Positions 1-11,435 of a DNA stretch of 64,000 bases are shown in pieces (position 1 is the first letter of the stretch; every line of letters begins with the position of its first letter). The DNA lies in the NCBI RefSeq assembly GCF_006345805.1, contig NC_043000.1, forward strand, positions 25,978,001 through 26,042,000. The letters are read 5' to 3'. The notes under the pieces were generated by a model, which had not been told where the DNA came from, searched no databases, and was given only the letters and a program-made list of their open reading frames with translations. The translations under genes and the position numbers were made by a program. Source of the DNA: Octopus sinensis (Eukaryota).

Positions 1-206
1 GCTTCCAAGTTGTGTGGTCTTGGGTTCAGTCCCACTGTCTTGGCACCTTGGGCGTCTTCTGTAGTCCTGAGCTCACTAAAACCTTATGATTGGATTTGTA
101 GATGGAGACCGAAGGAAGCCTGTCGTGTGTGTGTTGCGTGTGCACCTGCATGTGTCTGTGCATGTATATGCGTACCCTTGTCTTGACATCTTGTGATGAT
201 TATAAG

Positions 207-325
207 CAGGGCCGTGGAGTTGAAACGAAAAACTCCAACTCCACTACTATTGGCACCTTCGACTCTGACTCCGATGTGGTCTATTTTACTGACTCTGACT
301 CCATGACTCCACCTCCACAGCCCTG
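207..325. mobile_element. hAT-like MITE with GGAGTC subrepeats
   Basis: TIR cagggcYgtggag; 8-bp TSD attataag/attgtaag. Confidence 0.75.
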
Positions 326-853
326 ATTGTAAGCCAGTGATGTTGTTCTTTTTCAGTCTTCTGTGAAAAACGTGTCTGGCCATGGGGAAGTATATTACCT
401 TTGCTTGGAAGCAGGTGAGGGTTGGTGACAGTAAGGGTGTCCAGCTGTAGAAAGTCTGCTTCATCAAATTTTGCCTGACCCATGCAAGCATGGAAAACTG
501 GACACTAAATATTGATGATAATATTGTTTCAATATATATTTTCGTGGCATGTAAAAAGCATCATCTGATCATGGCCAATGCGAGCTCCTCTGGTCCCTGT
601 GCCAGTGGCACGTCAAAAGCACTCACTACACTCACGGAGTGTTTGGCGTTAGGAAGGGCATCCAGCTGTAGAAACACTGTCAGATCAGATTGGGGCCTGG
701 TGCAGCCTCCTGGCTTCCCAGACCCCAGTTGAACCGTCCAATCCATGCCAGCATGGAAAATGGATGTTAAACGCTGATGATGAGGATGATGACATTTATG
801 GTTTGTGATCGAAGTCATGTTGAAGCAAAGTTAAGGACCAAATATTTCAACTT

Positions 854-1072
854 TTAACCTCTTGGCTTTTAAACCAACCGTATCCAACCTATTTTCTGTT
901 CAAACTAGCCAGATCCAGCCTCTCACACCTATCCTACAATGTGATTCAAAATATAAAGAATTACAGCATTGAAATCCCAAAAGTACAAGATGATGCATGA
1001 TTAATTTGAAACCATGTGAATAAATAAATAAATATTACATTTGACAGAATAATTTGAATACTGAAGGGTTAA
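854..1072. mobile_element. piggyBac-like MITE (family D)
   Basis: TTAA-CC...GGG-TTAA ends. Homologous copies are at 16472-17121, 31158-31383 and 52739-53405. Confidence 0.7.
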
Positions 1073-1082
1073 GAATGTTTTG

Positions 1083-1320
1083 AGTTAAGCGTTTTGTTAC
1101 CATTCTTCTGGTGGAAAACACTGCCTTTCTTTCAATTAATTTTCAAAAACAATTCCTAAAGAATATATTAAAATAGCTTTGTTATTATGAAACTGTTGTT
1201 TGGAACATAACCAAACATGGAATTTTGAAGGACAATTTAAATTTAGCTCACTTTAAAACAGGAAGTTTCTATCAAAGAATTAAGGATGGTCTCTGGCAGG
1301 TTGGAATAAGAAGGGTTTAA
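1083..1320. mobile_element. Second TTAA-type MITE (family E)
   Basis: The reverse-complement homologue at ~59590-60275 is split by the 59744-60199 element. Ends ...gaagggtttaa. Confidence 0.5.
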
Positions 1321-1646
1321 TGAAATAAAGAAACAAACAAACAATCCTGCTAAGAAACAAATGGTGAAGTGTTTGTTTCTTGTCAAAGACGAATTTCTCA
1401 AACTGTTGCATCCGTTATTGCCAACATGTTTACACTTGGCTTTTCTTAATTGATATTTATTCTTGTCATGTGTCGTCATCACCGTCATCATTGCTTTATG
1501 TTACATGTAAGACTGTTATTATGAAACACAACCAAAGATGTAATCTATTAGAGATACAACATTTAATAGTATTTCAAAGACAATTGCCTGATAAATTATG
1601 ATGTATGTGTGTGTGCGTGCAAAAGGAGTTTTCATCAAATCTTTAT

Positions 1647-1680
<34 letters not shown>

Positions 1681-1682
<2 letters not shown>

Positions 1683-1978
1683 ATAAATATTAGGGAATAA
1701 ATCCAAATTTACAGGGAAAAATCAGATTTAGGATTGAATCCAATTTTATAGTAAAATATTATATTATATAAATTAGAGACAAAACCACTATTATGCAAAT
1801 CAAACAAAGAAAGACTTAAGCCAATACATAAATTAATTTATATAAATTTAGAAATTTAACAATTATAAATAACCAGTGGTTATTTATAATTGTTAAATCT
1901 AAATTATATAAATTAATTTATGTATTGGCTTAAGTCTTTCTTTGTTTGATTTGCATAATAGTGGTTTTGTCTCTAATT

Positions 1979-2022
<44 letters not shown>

Positions 2023-2226
2023 AATATTAGGGAATAAATCCAAATTTACAGGGAAAAATCAGATTTAGGATTGAATCCAATTTTATAGTAAAATATTATA
2101 TTATATAAATTAGAGACAAAACCACTATTATGCAAATCAAACAAAGAAAGACTTAAGCCAATACATAAATTAATTTATATAAATTTAGAAATTTAACAAT
2201 TATAAATAACCAGTGGTTATTTATAA
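1681..2226. mobile_element. Fold-back element with tandem duplicate, inside (TA)n
   Basis: Near-perfect palindrome ~1761-1990 centred on aaccaGtggtt (1876). 2018-2226 repeats 1681-1889 essentially identically. Homologous to 37735-38050. Confidence 0.75.
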
Positions 2227-2600
2227 AGCTGAAGTTGTCTGTGTGTGGCAGGTTTGGTAGCCTTCAACTAACACTATCTCCTCCGAGACCCTGTGGCGCA
2301 AGTTGACCAAAATTGAGAGTATGATAGAAGGCTTGCTCTTCCTTCCATAAAAGATAAAATTCAAATCAGACCATGTTAAGACCAAAAATTATTTACATCA
2401 AAAAGGTGCTTTTTTTCTATAAAAGTCCCTATTTTTTGCGATTTTTTGACTGCTGTGTCGTCATTTTTTGGTGTATTTCAACCAGAAAAATGTTCACTTA
2501 AAGAGAATAACAAGCTACATAATGCGGAATTTTTACTTTTCAAAAATTCCAATTCTAAAGGGTCGAAACAAACCCGAGCAACACCGGACAATACTTCTAG
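2222..2600 (+). mobile_element. Non-autonomous Helitron
   Basis: The 3' end has the hairpin aaacccgagcaacaccgg followed by CTAG|T. The 5' end (tataaagctgaagttgtctgtgtg) abuts the fold-back element. Confidence 0.7.
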
Positions 2601-2684
2601 TAATGTAATATGATAGTAATGTACTATGAGTGTTCAATTTGATTTACCACAAAAAATCTGGCTTTAATAGCAGCTGGTGATGTA

Positions 2685-2716
<32 letters not shown>

Positions 2717-2765
2717 TGTCCAATCCATGTCTGCATGGAAAGCAGACATTAAACGATGATATATA

Positions 2766-3180
2766 AGGCGCAGGAGTGGCTGTTTCGTAAGTAGCTTGCT
2801 TACCAACCACATGGTCCCGGGTTCAGTCCCACTACGTGGCACCTTGGGCAAGTGTCTTCTACTATAGCCTCTACTAAGCTTTGTGAGTGGATTTGGTAGA
2901 CGGAAACTGGAAGAAACCTGTCGTAAGTGTGTGTGTGTGTGCGTATATATATATGTATGTGAGTGTATATGTTTTTGTGTCTGTTTGTCCCTCCAGCATC
3001 GCTTTACAACCGATGGTGGTGTGTTTATATCCCCATAGCTTAGCGGTTCAGCAAAAGAGACCGATAGATTAAGTACTAGATTTACAAAGAATAAGCTCTG
3101 GGGTCGATTTGCTTGACTATAAAGGTGGTGCTCCAGTATAGCCGCAGTCAAATGACTGAAACAAGTAAAAGAGTAAAAGA
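2766..3180 (+). mobile_element. tRNA-derived SINE family A (representative copy)
   Basis: Head ggcgcaggagtggctg...ggttcagtccca, core ccttgggcaagtgtc, internal (TG/TA)n and tail gcagtcaaatgactgaaacaagtaaaagag. Many further full or partial copies occur in the window. Confidence 0.85.
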
Positions 3181-3582
3181 ATATATATATATATATGTCG
3201 TCATCATCATCATTTAACATCCGTTTTCAATGTTGGCATGTGTTGTATGGTTTGACAAGCATTAGTAAGGCCGGAGGCTGCACCCAACTCCATTGTCTGT
3301 TTTGGCTGTGTTTGAGAAGTTTTCTTTTATATACACACGTGTGTGTGTGTGGGTGTGTCTCGACATTGCATGATGGTTGTAAATGAGTGTCCTTGTCATA
3401 CAAGCAGGGTCCTTTGTTTTTCATCTTCCATCTAAACATATTTGGCCAAAGGGAAATGTTACTTTATAACAGTGGTTCCCAACCTTTTCACTACCAAACC
3501 AACAACCCCTTTTTATTTAAATGAGTTTTCCCATGGACCCCAGGATATTGAAAAGTCAGCATTGGCAGATAGAAACTCTATG

Positions 3583-4013
3583 GCTGGTGAGCTGGCGGGA
3601 AACTTAAGGCGGCGAGCTGGCAGAAGCGGTATTTTGTCTGCTGTTACATTCTGAGTTCAAATTCCGCCGAAGTCGACTTTGCCTTTCATCCTTTTGGGGT
3701 TGATAAATTAAGTACCAGTTATTCACTGGGGTCGATGTAATACCTTTGTCCTTGTTTGTCCCCCCTATGTTTAGCCCCTTGTGGGCAATAAAGAAATAAG
3801 AAACATTAGCACGCTGGGCAAAATGCTTAGCAGTATTTCGTCTGCTGTTATGTTCTGGGTTCAAATTCTGCCGAGGTCGACTTTGCCTTTCATCCTTTCG
3901 GGGTTGATAAATTAAGTACCAGTTATGCACTGGGGTTGATGTAATCGACTTAATCCCTTTGTCTGTCCTTGTTTGTCCCCTCTATGTTTAGCCCCTTGTG
4001 GGCAATAAAAAAT
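3583..4013 (+). mobile_element. SINE family B, tandem dimer
   Basis: Two units; TSD agatagaaac. Confidence 0.8.
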
Positions 4014-4021
4014 AAGATAGA

Positions 4022-4081
<60 letters not shown>

Positions 4082-5394
4082 TGTGAATGTTTACATTACT
4101 TGCTTGTCATAGAAAGTGGTGGGTTATAGACATTTTTATGCCATTCTCTGTTGACAAAATCATCCTCCCTCTGCACTTTCAGAAACATATCAAATAAAAT
4201 TTCCTTGTACAACAGGTAAAGGTTAGTGACAAGAAGGGTTCATGGCTATAAAAACAATGCCTTGGTATGTATTCCTCTAACCCATACTAGCTGGAAAAGC
4301 AGAGAAGTAAAAACAGTTGAGTAGGGCAGCTAACACTTAAGTGACTGGATTCCTTAAGATGGGTTTCAAGTTGAGCCATTTGACTATGGCCATGGGTGAA
4401 GAACTTTTAGTTAAATCAATCAACCCCAAGATTTTTTTTTTAGGCCTGGTACTTATTCTACAAGTCACTTTTTGTTGAGCTGTTTAAGTTATTGGGGACA
4501 TAAACAAACTGATACCAGTTGTCAAGAAGTGGTAGGGGAGAGAAACACACACATACCTGACAGGCTTCTTTCAGTTTCTATCCACCAAATGCATTCACAT
4601 GGCTTTGGGTCGATCTTACTGTTCAAGTGCCATAACTGCCAATTATAAACCCACGTGGGTTTGTTTACATTTCTGAAGAAAAAAGAAACCCTTTTCTCTC
4701 ATCCCTAACCCAAACCCTAGCCCCCCATATATTATAAAAAAAAACTTTACAGAGAGTGATGATCTTCAAATGTAAACAAACATACGTGGCAGTTATGGTA
4801 CTTGTGCCGAAAGATGGCCGGCTTTGGTTTGCCCAAACCTATAATAGAAGACACTTGCCCAAGGCGCTATGCTGTAGGATTGAACCTGGAACCATGCGAT
4901 TGAGAAGCAACTGTCTTACCACACAGCCATGTCATGCTTTAGCTGAATGATATTCATAAGATAATATTTTTGATTTCATTCTCAAGTTAAAATTGTTTAC
5001 CTTGTGATGCAAAGATGAAAACAATAGATGAACTGAAGATCAAGCTGGAAGAGTTGAGAAGCGAATGAAAAAGAATATCATTTTCAAAGATGTTCTCTTA
5101 TTTGTCATTGAACTCTTTCAGTATTACTTATGCTCACTTCACACCTCCAGAAGAATGAAACACTTTAAATAATAATAATAATAAAAAAAAAAAAAAAAAA
5201 AACAGCATCAAACCTCAATTTCAGAAAATATTATGTATATCATGGTTGCTATAAACTTGCAATAATCTTGTAGTTTTCTAAAGAATCATGGCATTTCCAT
5301 GGATACTGATAGTTTTTATAAGCCATCTAGTTTTCCCAAGTTGAATTATGTTTGATAATCCAGTCACTTTAAGTGATGCTAATGCTGCTATATA

Positions 5395-5487
<93 letters not shown>

Positions 5488-5576
5488 GTGAGAATTTACA
5501 AAAAAAGCATAAGACGAATACGGGTGTGTAAACAACAAACTGATGTATTGGTTTAACGCTTGGGAAGTGAGAAAGT

Positions 5577-5612
5577 CTTTTATGTTTCGAACCTATGCTC
5601 TTTGACAGAAAG
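5577..5612 (-). ncRNA. Degenerate hammerhead-like motif in a short PLE-like insertion (~5487-5648)
   Basis: Reverse complement CUUU-CUGUCAA-A-GAGC(auag)GUUC-GAAACAUA-AAAG. Downstream sequence resembles the 39500 element. It sits in (TA)n/(CA)n. Confidence 0.5.
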
Positions 5613-5893
5613 GAACACAGAAATAAACAGGGAGAGAAAATAGAAAAATATATATATACACACATACATATACTCTTTTACTCTTTTACTTGTTTCAGTC
5701 ATTTGACTGAGGCCATACTGGAGCACCACCTTTAGTCGAGCAAGTCGACCCCGGGACTTATTCTTTGTAAGCCTAGTACTTATTCTATCAGTCTCTTTTG
5801 CTGAACCGGTAAGTTACGAGAACGTCAACACATCAGCATCGGTTGTCAAGCGATGTTGGGGGGACAAACACAGACACACAAACACACACACGC

Positions 5894-5968
<75 letters not shown>

Positions 5969-7488
5969 AGCCAAAACAAACTGGAGCCTGGAGCCAGGTC
6001 CAGTCAAACCATCCAAACCATGCCAGCATGGAAAATAGATGTTACTTGATGATAATGATGACACCAAGCTAGCAAAATATTTTCGGATTGGTGTCGAACT
6101 CCAGGTAATCAAAAGGTAAGGCCTGAAGTCGAAGTCCATCACAAGTTGACTTTGTAAATTCGTAGTTGCCTTCCTCAATGAAACTGGTCTTTTTCACAGA
6201 ATAATATACAAGAACAAGCATAAATAATGTGTTTTACATATTTATTTATTTATTTATGCATTAAAAAAAAATCTGTAAAACTTGTTCTGCTTTTTCTTGT
6301 ATGTTTTGGAAGGCTTATGTAACATATTGAGTGAAACTCAATTTTAGCTCAGTTAATTGGAAGCACACAGTTAATTAATTGTATACCTTAATAAATTGGA
6401 TATCTAATCCCCTAAAAGTACAATACAAGCTCTGCTGCTGTTATTGTGATATTTACTGGTTTCACCAATCAATTCCTCTATATCTGACACCCCCACCCTT
6501 ACTTCTGTAGACACCACCTTCATCATTTTGACTCCTTTCTTCTATTATATTTCTGGTTTTTGGTTTTTTGTTTGTTTTTGTTTTGCCTTCTTATCCTCTT
6601 TCATTTATGTATCTACTCCCTCCTCTCTCTTGTTTCCCCTTCGTTTCCCATGACTATCAGCTTCATTGATCCTATTGGATTTTCATGACTCTGAAGTCAC
6701 ACAACCCGACTTAATATCTATCACAACGGTCTTCATTGATTTTTAACCTGTTTAATGAGCTCTCATACAACTCTTTGTGTGTGTGTGTGTGGTGTGTGTG
6801 TGTGTGTGTGTGTGCGTGTGTGTGTGTGTGCGTGCGCGCGCGTGTGTGTGTGTGTGTAACTGTACATGTTCTTTTGGTACATACTATTCTACACTGCTTG
6901 TACTATTAACTATTTATTGGTACTTTGTATTAATGCTGTTATATTGCCCTCTTGCACTAAATGTGTGTGTGTGTGTGAAAGAGAGAGAGAAAGGTGGGGG
7001 TTGTGTGGAATGGCTAAGTGCCTGGCTAATGGGATGAGCTGATTGGCTTCAGAGGAGTTCCTATCTTGCAGCAGACGTTTCATATTACAGGATGCTAGTG
7101 TGAGTAACATCCAGAAATGTAGAGTTAATCCTCGGCATAGCGCTTAAGTGCACCACCTGGCTCTTGAAGGCATTAAGTGTTCTCCACTTCGTTGCAAAGT
7201 GTTTGAGCCAAATCCCTTGTCTGGGGATAACCTAATTTGAATCCCACAAGGCCTTGCAAAAAAAAGGTCAAAAGCTTTTCCATTGCAATCACCAACCCAT
7301 GATTAACAGAAGTAAAGAGAAAATTGATCTACTCAAGGCCAGTAATTTTAGCAGTTGTGGGGTTGGCAAATTGATTGTGCCAACTTCGGTTCTTGATTGG
7401 TACTTGACCATGCTGATATTTGATCTCAGATTGCGAAGAGCCGGAAGAAATGCTGTTGAGCATCTGATTCACTGCAATAATAATAATC

Positions 7489-7859
7489 TTTACTCTTTTA
7501 CTTGTTTCAGTCATTTGACAGTGGCCATGCTGGAGCACCACCTTTAGTTGAGCAAATCGACCCCCCAAGACTTATTCTTTGTAAGCCTAGTACTTATTTT
7601 GTCGGTGTCTTTTGCTGAACCGCTAAGTTACGGGGACGTAAACACACCAGCATCGGTTGTCAAGTGATGTTGGGGGACAAACATATATACACATATACGA
7701 CGGGCTTCTTTCAGTTTCCGTCTAACAAATCCACTCACAAGACTTTGGTTGGCCTAAGGCTACAGTAGAAGACACTTGTCCAAGGTGCTATGCAGTGGGA
7801 CTGAACCCGGAACCATGTGGTTGGTAAGCAAGCTACTTACCACTCAGCCACTCCTACGC
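7489..7859 (-). mobile_element. SINE family A
   Basis: Full-length reverse complement of 2766-3180. Confidence 0.85.
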
Positions 7860-9957
7860 TTCACAACTTTAATAATAATCCTTTTTACTATAGGGGCAAA
7901 GCTTGAGATTTTGGTGGGATGAAGTGGTTAGTTGATTATATTGACCCCAGTTCTCAACTGGTATGTATTTCATTGACCCTGAGAGGATGAAAGATGAAGT
8001 TGACTTCAGTGGAATTTGAACCCAGTGGACAAAAATGAAGCTAAGCATTTTGCCTGGCATGTTACTGATTCTGGCAGTTCACCACCTTTGCTGTAATAAT
8101 GATTTCAAATTTTTGCTGCAAGGGCAGCTTGGGGGAGGGGATTAAATCGATTACATCAACCCCAATGCATAACTGGTACTTATGTAATTGACCCTGAAAG
8201 GATGAAAGGCAAAGTCAACCTTAGTGGAATTTGAACTCAGAACGTAGCAGCAGACGAAATACCTATTTCTTTACTACCCACAAGGGGCTAAACACAGAGA
8301 GGACAAACAAGGACAGGCAAATGAATTAGGTTGATTACATCAACCCCAGTGTGTAACTGGTACTTATTTAATTGACCCCGAGAGGATGAAAGGCAAAGTC
8401 GACCTCAGCAGAATTTGAACCCAGAACGTAATGGCAGGCGAAATACCACCAAGCATTTCGCCTGGCATGCTAACGTTTCTGCCAGCTCACTGCCTTACCT
8501 TTGCTGTAATAATATTGGTCATCGCATTGCTTTGTTGATAGTTTATCGTATGGGAAGATGGATGTTAAATGATGTTGGAGATGAATTGTAATTTGATGCC
8601 TCTCAAGTGACCAGAGAAAATCAGTTAGTATTAGAAGCAGTAACTAAGTGTGATGGCTAGGAAAATAGATAGTTGTCTGTAATTGGCAACAATTTCCGTC
8701 AACTGACAAAATTCCTTGAGCAGTTTTAGTAAAATAATAATAGCTGTAGTAGAGATATGATGGCAACAGAAACTCTTGTGGTAATCAAGTTAAAACAGAT
8801 TTCAGTTTAATAAGTTAATAACATCTAATATACAAAATGACAAGATAGATTGCCGAAAGGTAGAGTTAAGCTGTGATGTGTATGTAACCTCACTGCCAAG
8901 GTCAGTTTTGTGGATAGGGAAATGGATGTTCAAGTATTGGTTAGTGGTGGTGTTGGTGGTGGTTAGCATTTATTCTGCCTGGGTTTGTGTTTCTGTTATA
9001 ACACATCAGTCAAGGCCTGTGTATCTGTCTGCGCCTTGCCAGTTTAAATAAAACCCAGCTAAAATGATTGCAGGTTGTTATGTTTTGGCTTTGACATTTG
9101 ACAAGTTTATTTCCTAGCTTGGCTATTCAGTTATTGACAAGCTTCCTGTGCAAATAATGACAAGACAGTTTGGCCATCAAGTCAGTTGAAAGGACACAAA
9201 AAGATAATCTAATTTCACTGACAGTGTTTCCTTTCTAGATTAAAAAAAAAAATTGTTTTTTATATTTGTTATACTTTTTTGTGGGGTATTACCTAAAATA
9301 GCTACAAGCATGTGAAGGAATCACTTAAAATAACCTCAATCTCGTGCTAAACACTGATGGTATTATTTCAACTGCCCTAAGGCAGTGCGCTGGCAGGGTT
9401 GTTAGTGTATTGGACATAAATTCTTACCAGTATTTATTCTAGCTCTTTAGGGTCCGAGTTCAAATTCTGCCAACATTGACTCTGTCTTTGACCCTTTTGG
9501 TGTTGATAAAACAAGTACCAGTTAAGTACTGGAGTGAAGATAATTTAACTACCTTTTCTCTAAAATTTCTGGCTTTGTAAATAAAACTTGAAATCATTAT
9601 TTCACCATCTGGAGAATAGAAAAGCTGGAGTCTTTTGAATTACAAGAGCCTGGTGCAATCTGAGTTTATCTTTATTAAGATATTTAGTTATTCCACCCTC
9701 TACACTATTCTTTGATCTGCCATGGCTTTCCAGCTAGATTGGAATGGTATTTCCTGCAGAAGATTGGTTTGAAGCTCAACTGAAGAAAGCCACGAAGGAG
9801 ATAGGCATGGCAGCTTAAGGTGGTTGGTCAGAGACAGCAAATGGAACCCTTCCACTAATTCAGTCGTCACTTCCCCTCTCAGGTGAAGCATACAAGTTAA
9901 GAGGGGAATTGCTTGGGACACTGAGATACCTAGTGGTGATACGGAAGGGTTTCAAAC

Positions 9958-10551
9958 TAAGGTGGTGAGCTGGCAGAATCGTTAGCACACCGGGCGAAAT
10001 GCTTTGCGGTATTTCGTCTGCCGCTACGTTCTGAGTTCAAATTCTGCCGAGGTCGACTTTGCCTTTCATCCTTTCAGGGTTGATTAAATAAGTACCAGTT
10101 ACACACTGGGGTCGATGTAATCAACTTAATCCATTTGTCTGTCCTTGTTTTTCCCCTCTGTGTTTAGCCCCTTGTGGGCAATAAAGAAATAGGTATTTCG
10201 TCTGCCGATACATTCTGAGTTCAAATTCTGCCGAGGTTGACTTTGCCTTTCATCCTTTCGGGGTCAATTAAATAAGTACCAGTTACGCACTGGGGTCGAT
10301 GTATTCGACTTAACCCATTTGTCTGTCCTTGTTTTTCCCCTCTATGTTTAGCTCCTTGTGGGCAATAAAGAAATAGGTTTTACGTCTGCTGATATGTTCT
10401 GAGTTCAAATTCCACCACTTTGCCTTTTATCCTTTTGGGGTTGATTAAATAAGTACCAGTTCCGAACTGGGGTCGATATAATCGACTTAATCCATTTGTC
10501 TGTCCTTGTTTGTTCCCTCTGTGTTTAGCCTCTGTGGGTAGTAAAGAAATA
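9958..10551 (+). mobile_element. SINE family B, tandem trimer
   Basis: Head ggtggtgagctggcag...gagttcaaattc and core gcctttcatcctttcggggtcgat..aagtaccag (resembles the Meta/MESC-type SINE domain). Three units; TSD ggaagggtttcaa. Confidence 0.85.
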
Positions 10552-10814
10552 GGAAGGGTTTCAAGCATTGCAGTGGATTCAGAAGAGCTTACAAAACCTT
10601 TTAGTAAGTCAGATGGAATTTATTGAAGCATATTTTCTATGGCTGGATTCCAACCTTCATCTGTTTCTAGACAACACAATATTTCCTCATGACCAGGCAT
10701 GTTTTTCACACAAGACCGGACATAAAGAACACAGCTTATTTGACATTAATACTCGTTTACAACCATCATGTAATGGCAGTACAAGTACACGCACTCATGC
10801 ACACACACATATTT

Positions 10815-10855
<41 letters not shown>

Positions 10856-10989
10856 TAGATAGATAGATATAGATAAAACTTACTTGGAAAAGGATGTGTG
10901 GCATTCGATCATATAATAATATATAAATATATGCATTTATACATACACATATATACATACCTACATATATATATGTATATATACATTCA

Positions 10990-11435
10990 TATATGGGTAC
11001 AGGACATCAAAAAACGTAGACACAAGAAAACGAAAACATGAAAACAAAAACAGAAAACGAACCATTATTCGAACAACGGAAAAAAAACAGAGAAACGAGA
11101 CATACAACATAAAGAACATTCCTCTTCATCAGTTGTTCATGTTTCATCTACTCCGCGTCTCGAAGGTAAGGACAATACGCGACTTCGTTGAAACAGTCCT
11201 TCCCACAAAGCAAAGTAAATAAAATTTGGGATTTTTTGCAGAGGGTGAAAGTTGTAACAAAGACAGGACAGTGAGAACAAGACAGTAAAAACAGACGATG
11301 CGGGCTGTTAGGCCAAGATGATAGAAAAATTATGAAATTATATTCTTTATGTTGCGTGTCTTGTTTTTCTGTTTGCTTGTTTTTTTTTTGTTTTCTCATT
11401 GTGCCTATGTTTTTTATGTCCTGTACCCCATATAT
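10990..11435. mobile_element. Inverted-repeat-bounded element in TA-rich microsatellite (PLE-like?)
   Basis: tatatgggtacaggacat...acaacataaagaa at the left is mirrored by ttctttatgttgc...atgtcctgtacccca at the right. Confidence 0.5.

Noticed and set aside
2624-3220. Recurring ORFs with 'RGYSRRHLPKVP', 'CHAVGLNPEPCGW' or 'FLQLDALPNANH'
   Set aside because: Chance translations of SINE families A and C; the recurrence reflects the repeat, not a protein family.
5015-5068. Short coiled-coil-like reading MKTIDELKIKLEELRSE*
   Set aside because: Only 17 codons with no supporting splice context.
9700-9930. Complex sequence with a 73-aa minus-strand ORF
   Set aside because: No recognisable motif or convincing splice sites; possibly a decayed LINE remnant.
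11115-11200. CTGATGA on the minus strand inside the 10990-11435 element
   Set aside because: I could not assemble stem II plus GAAA and a cleavage triplet in the correct order, so no hammerhead is called.
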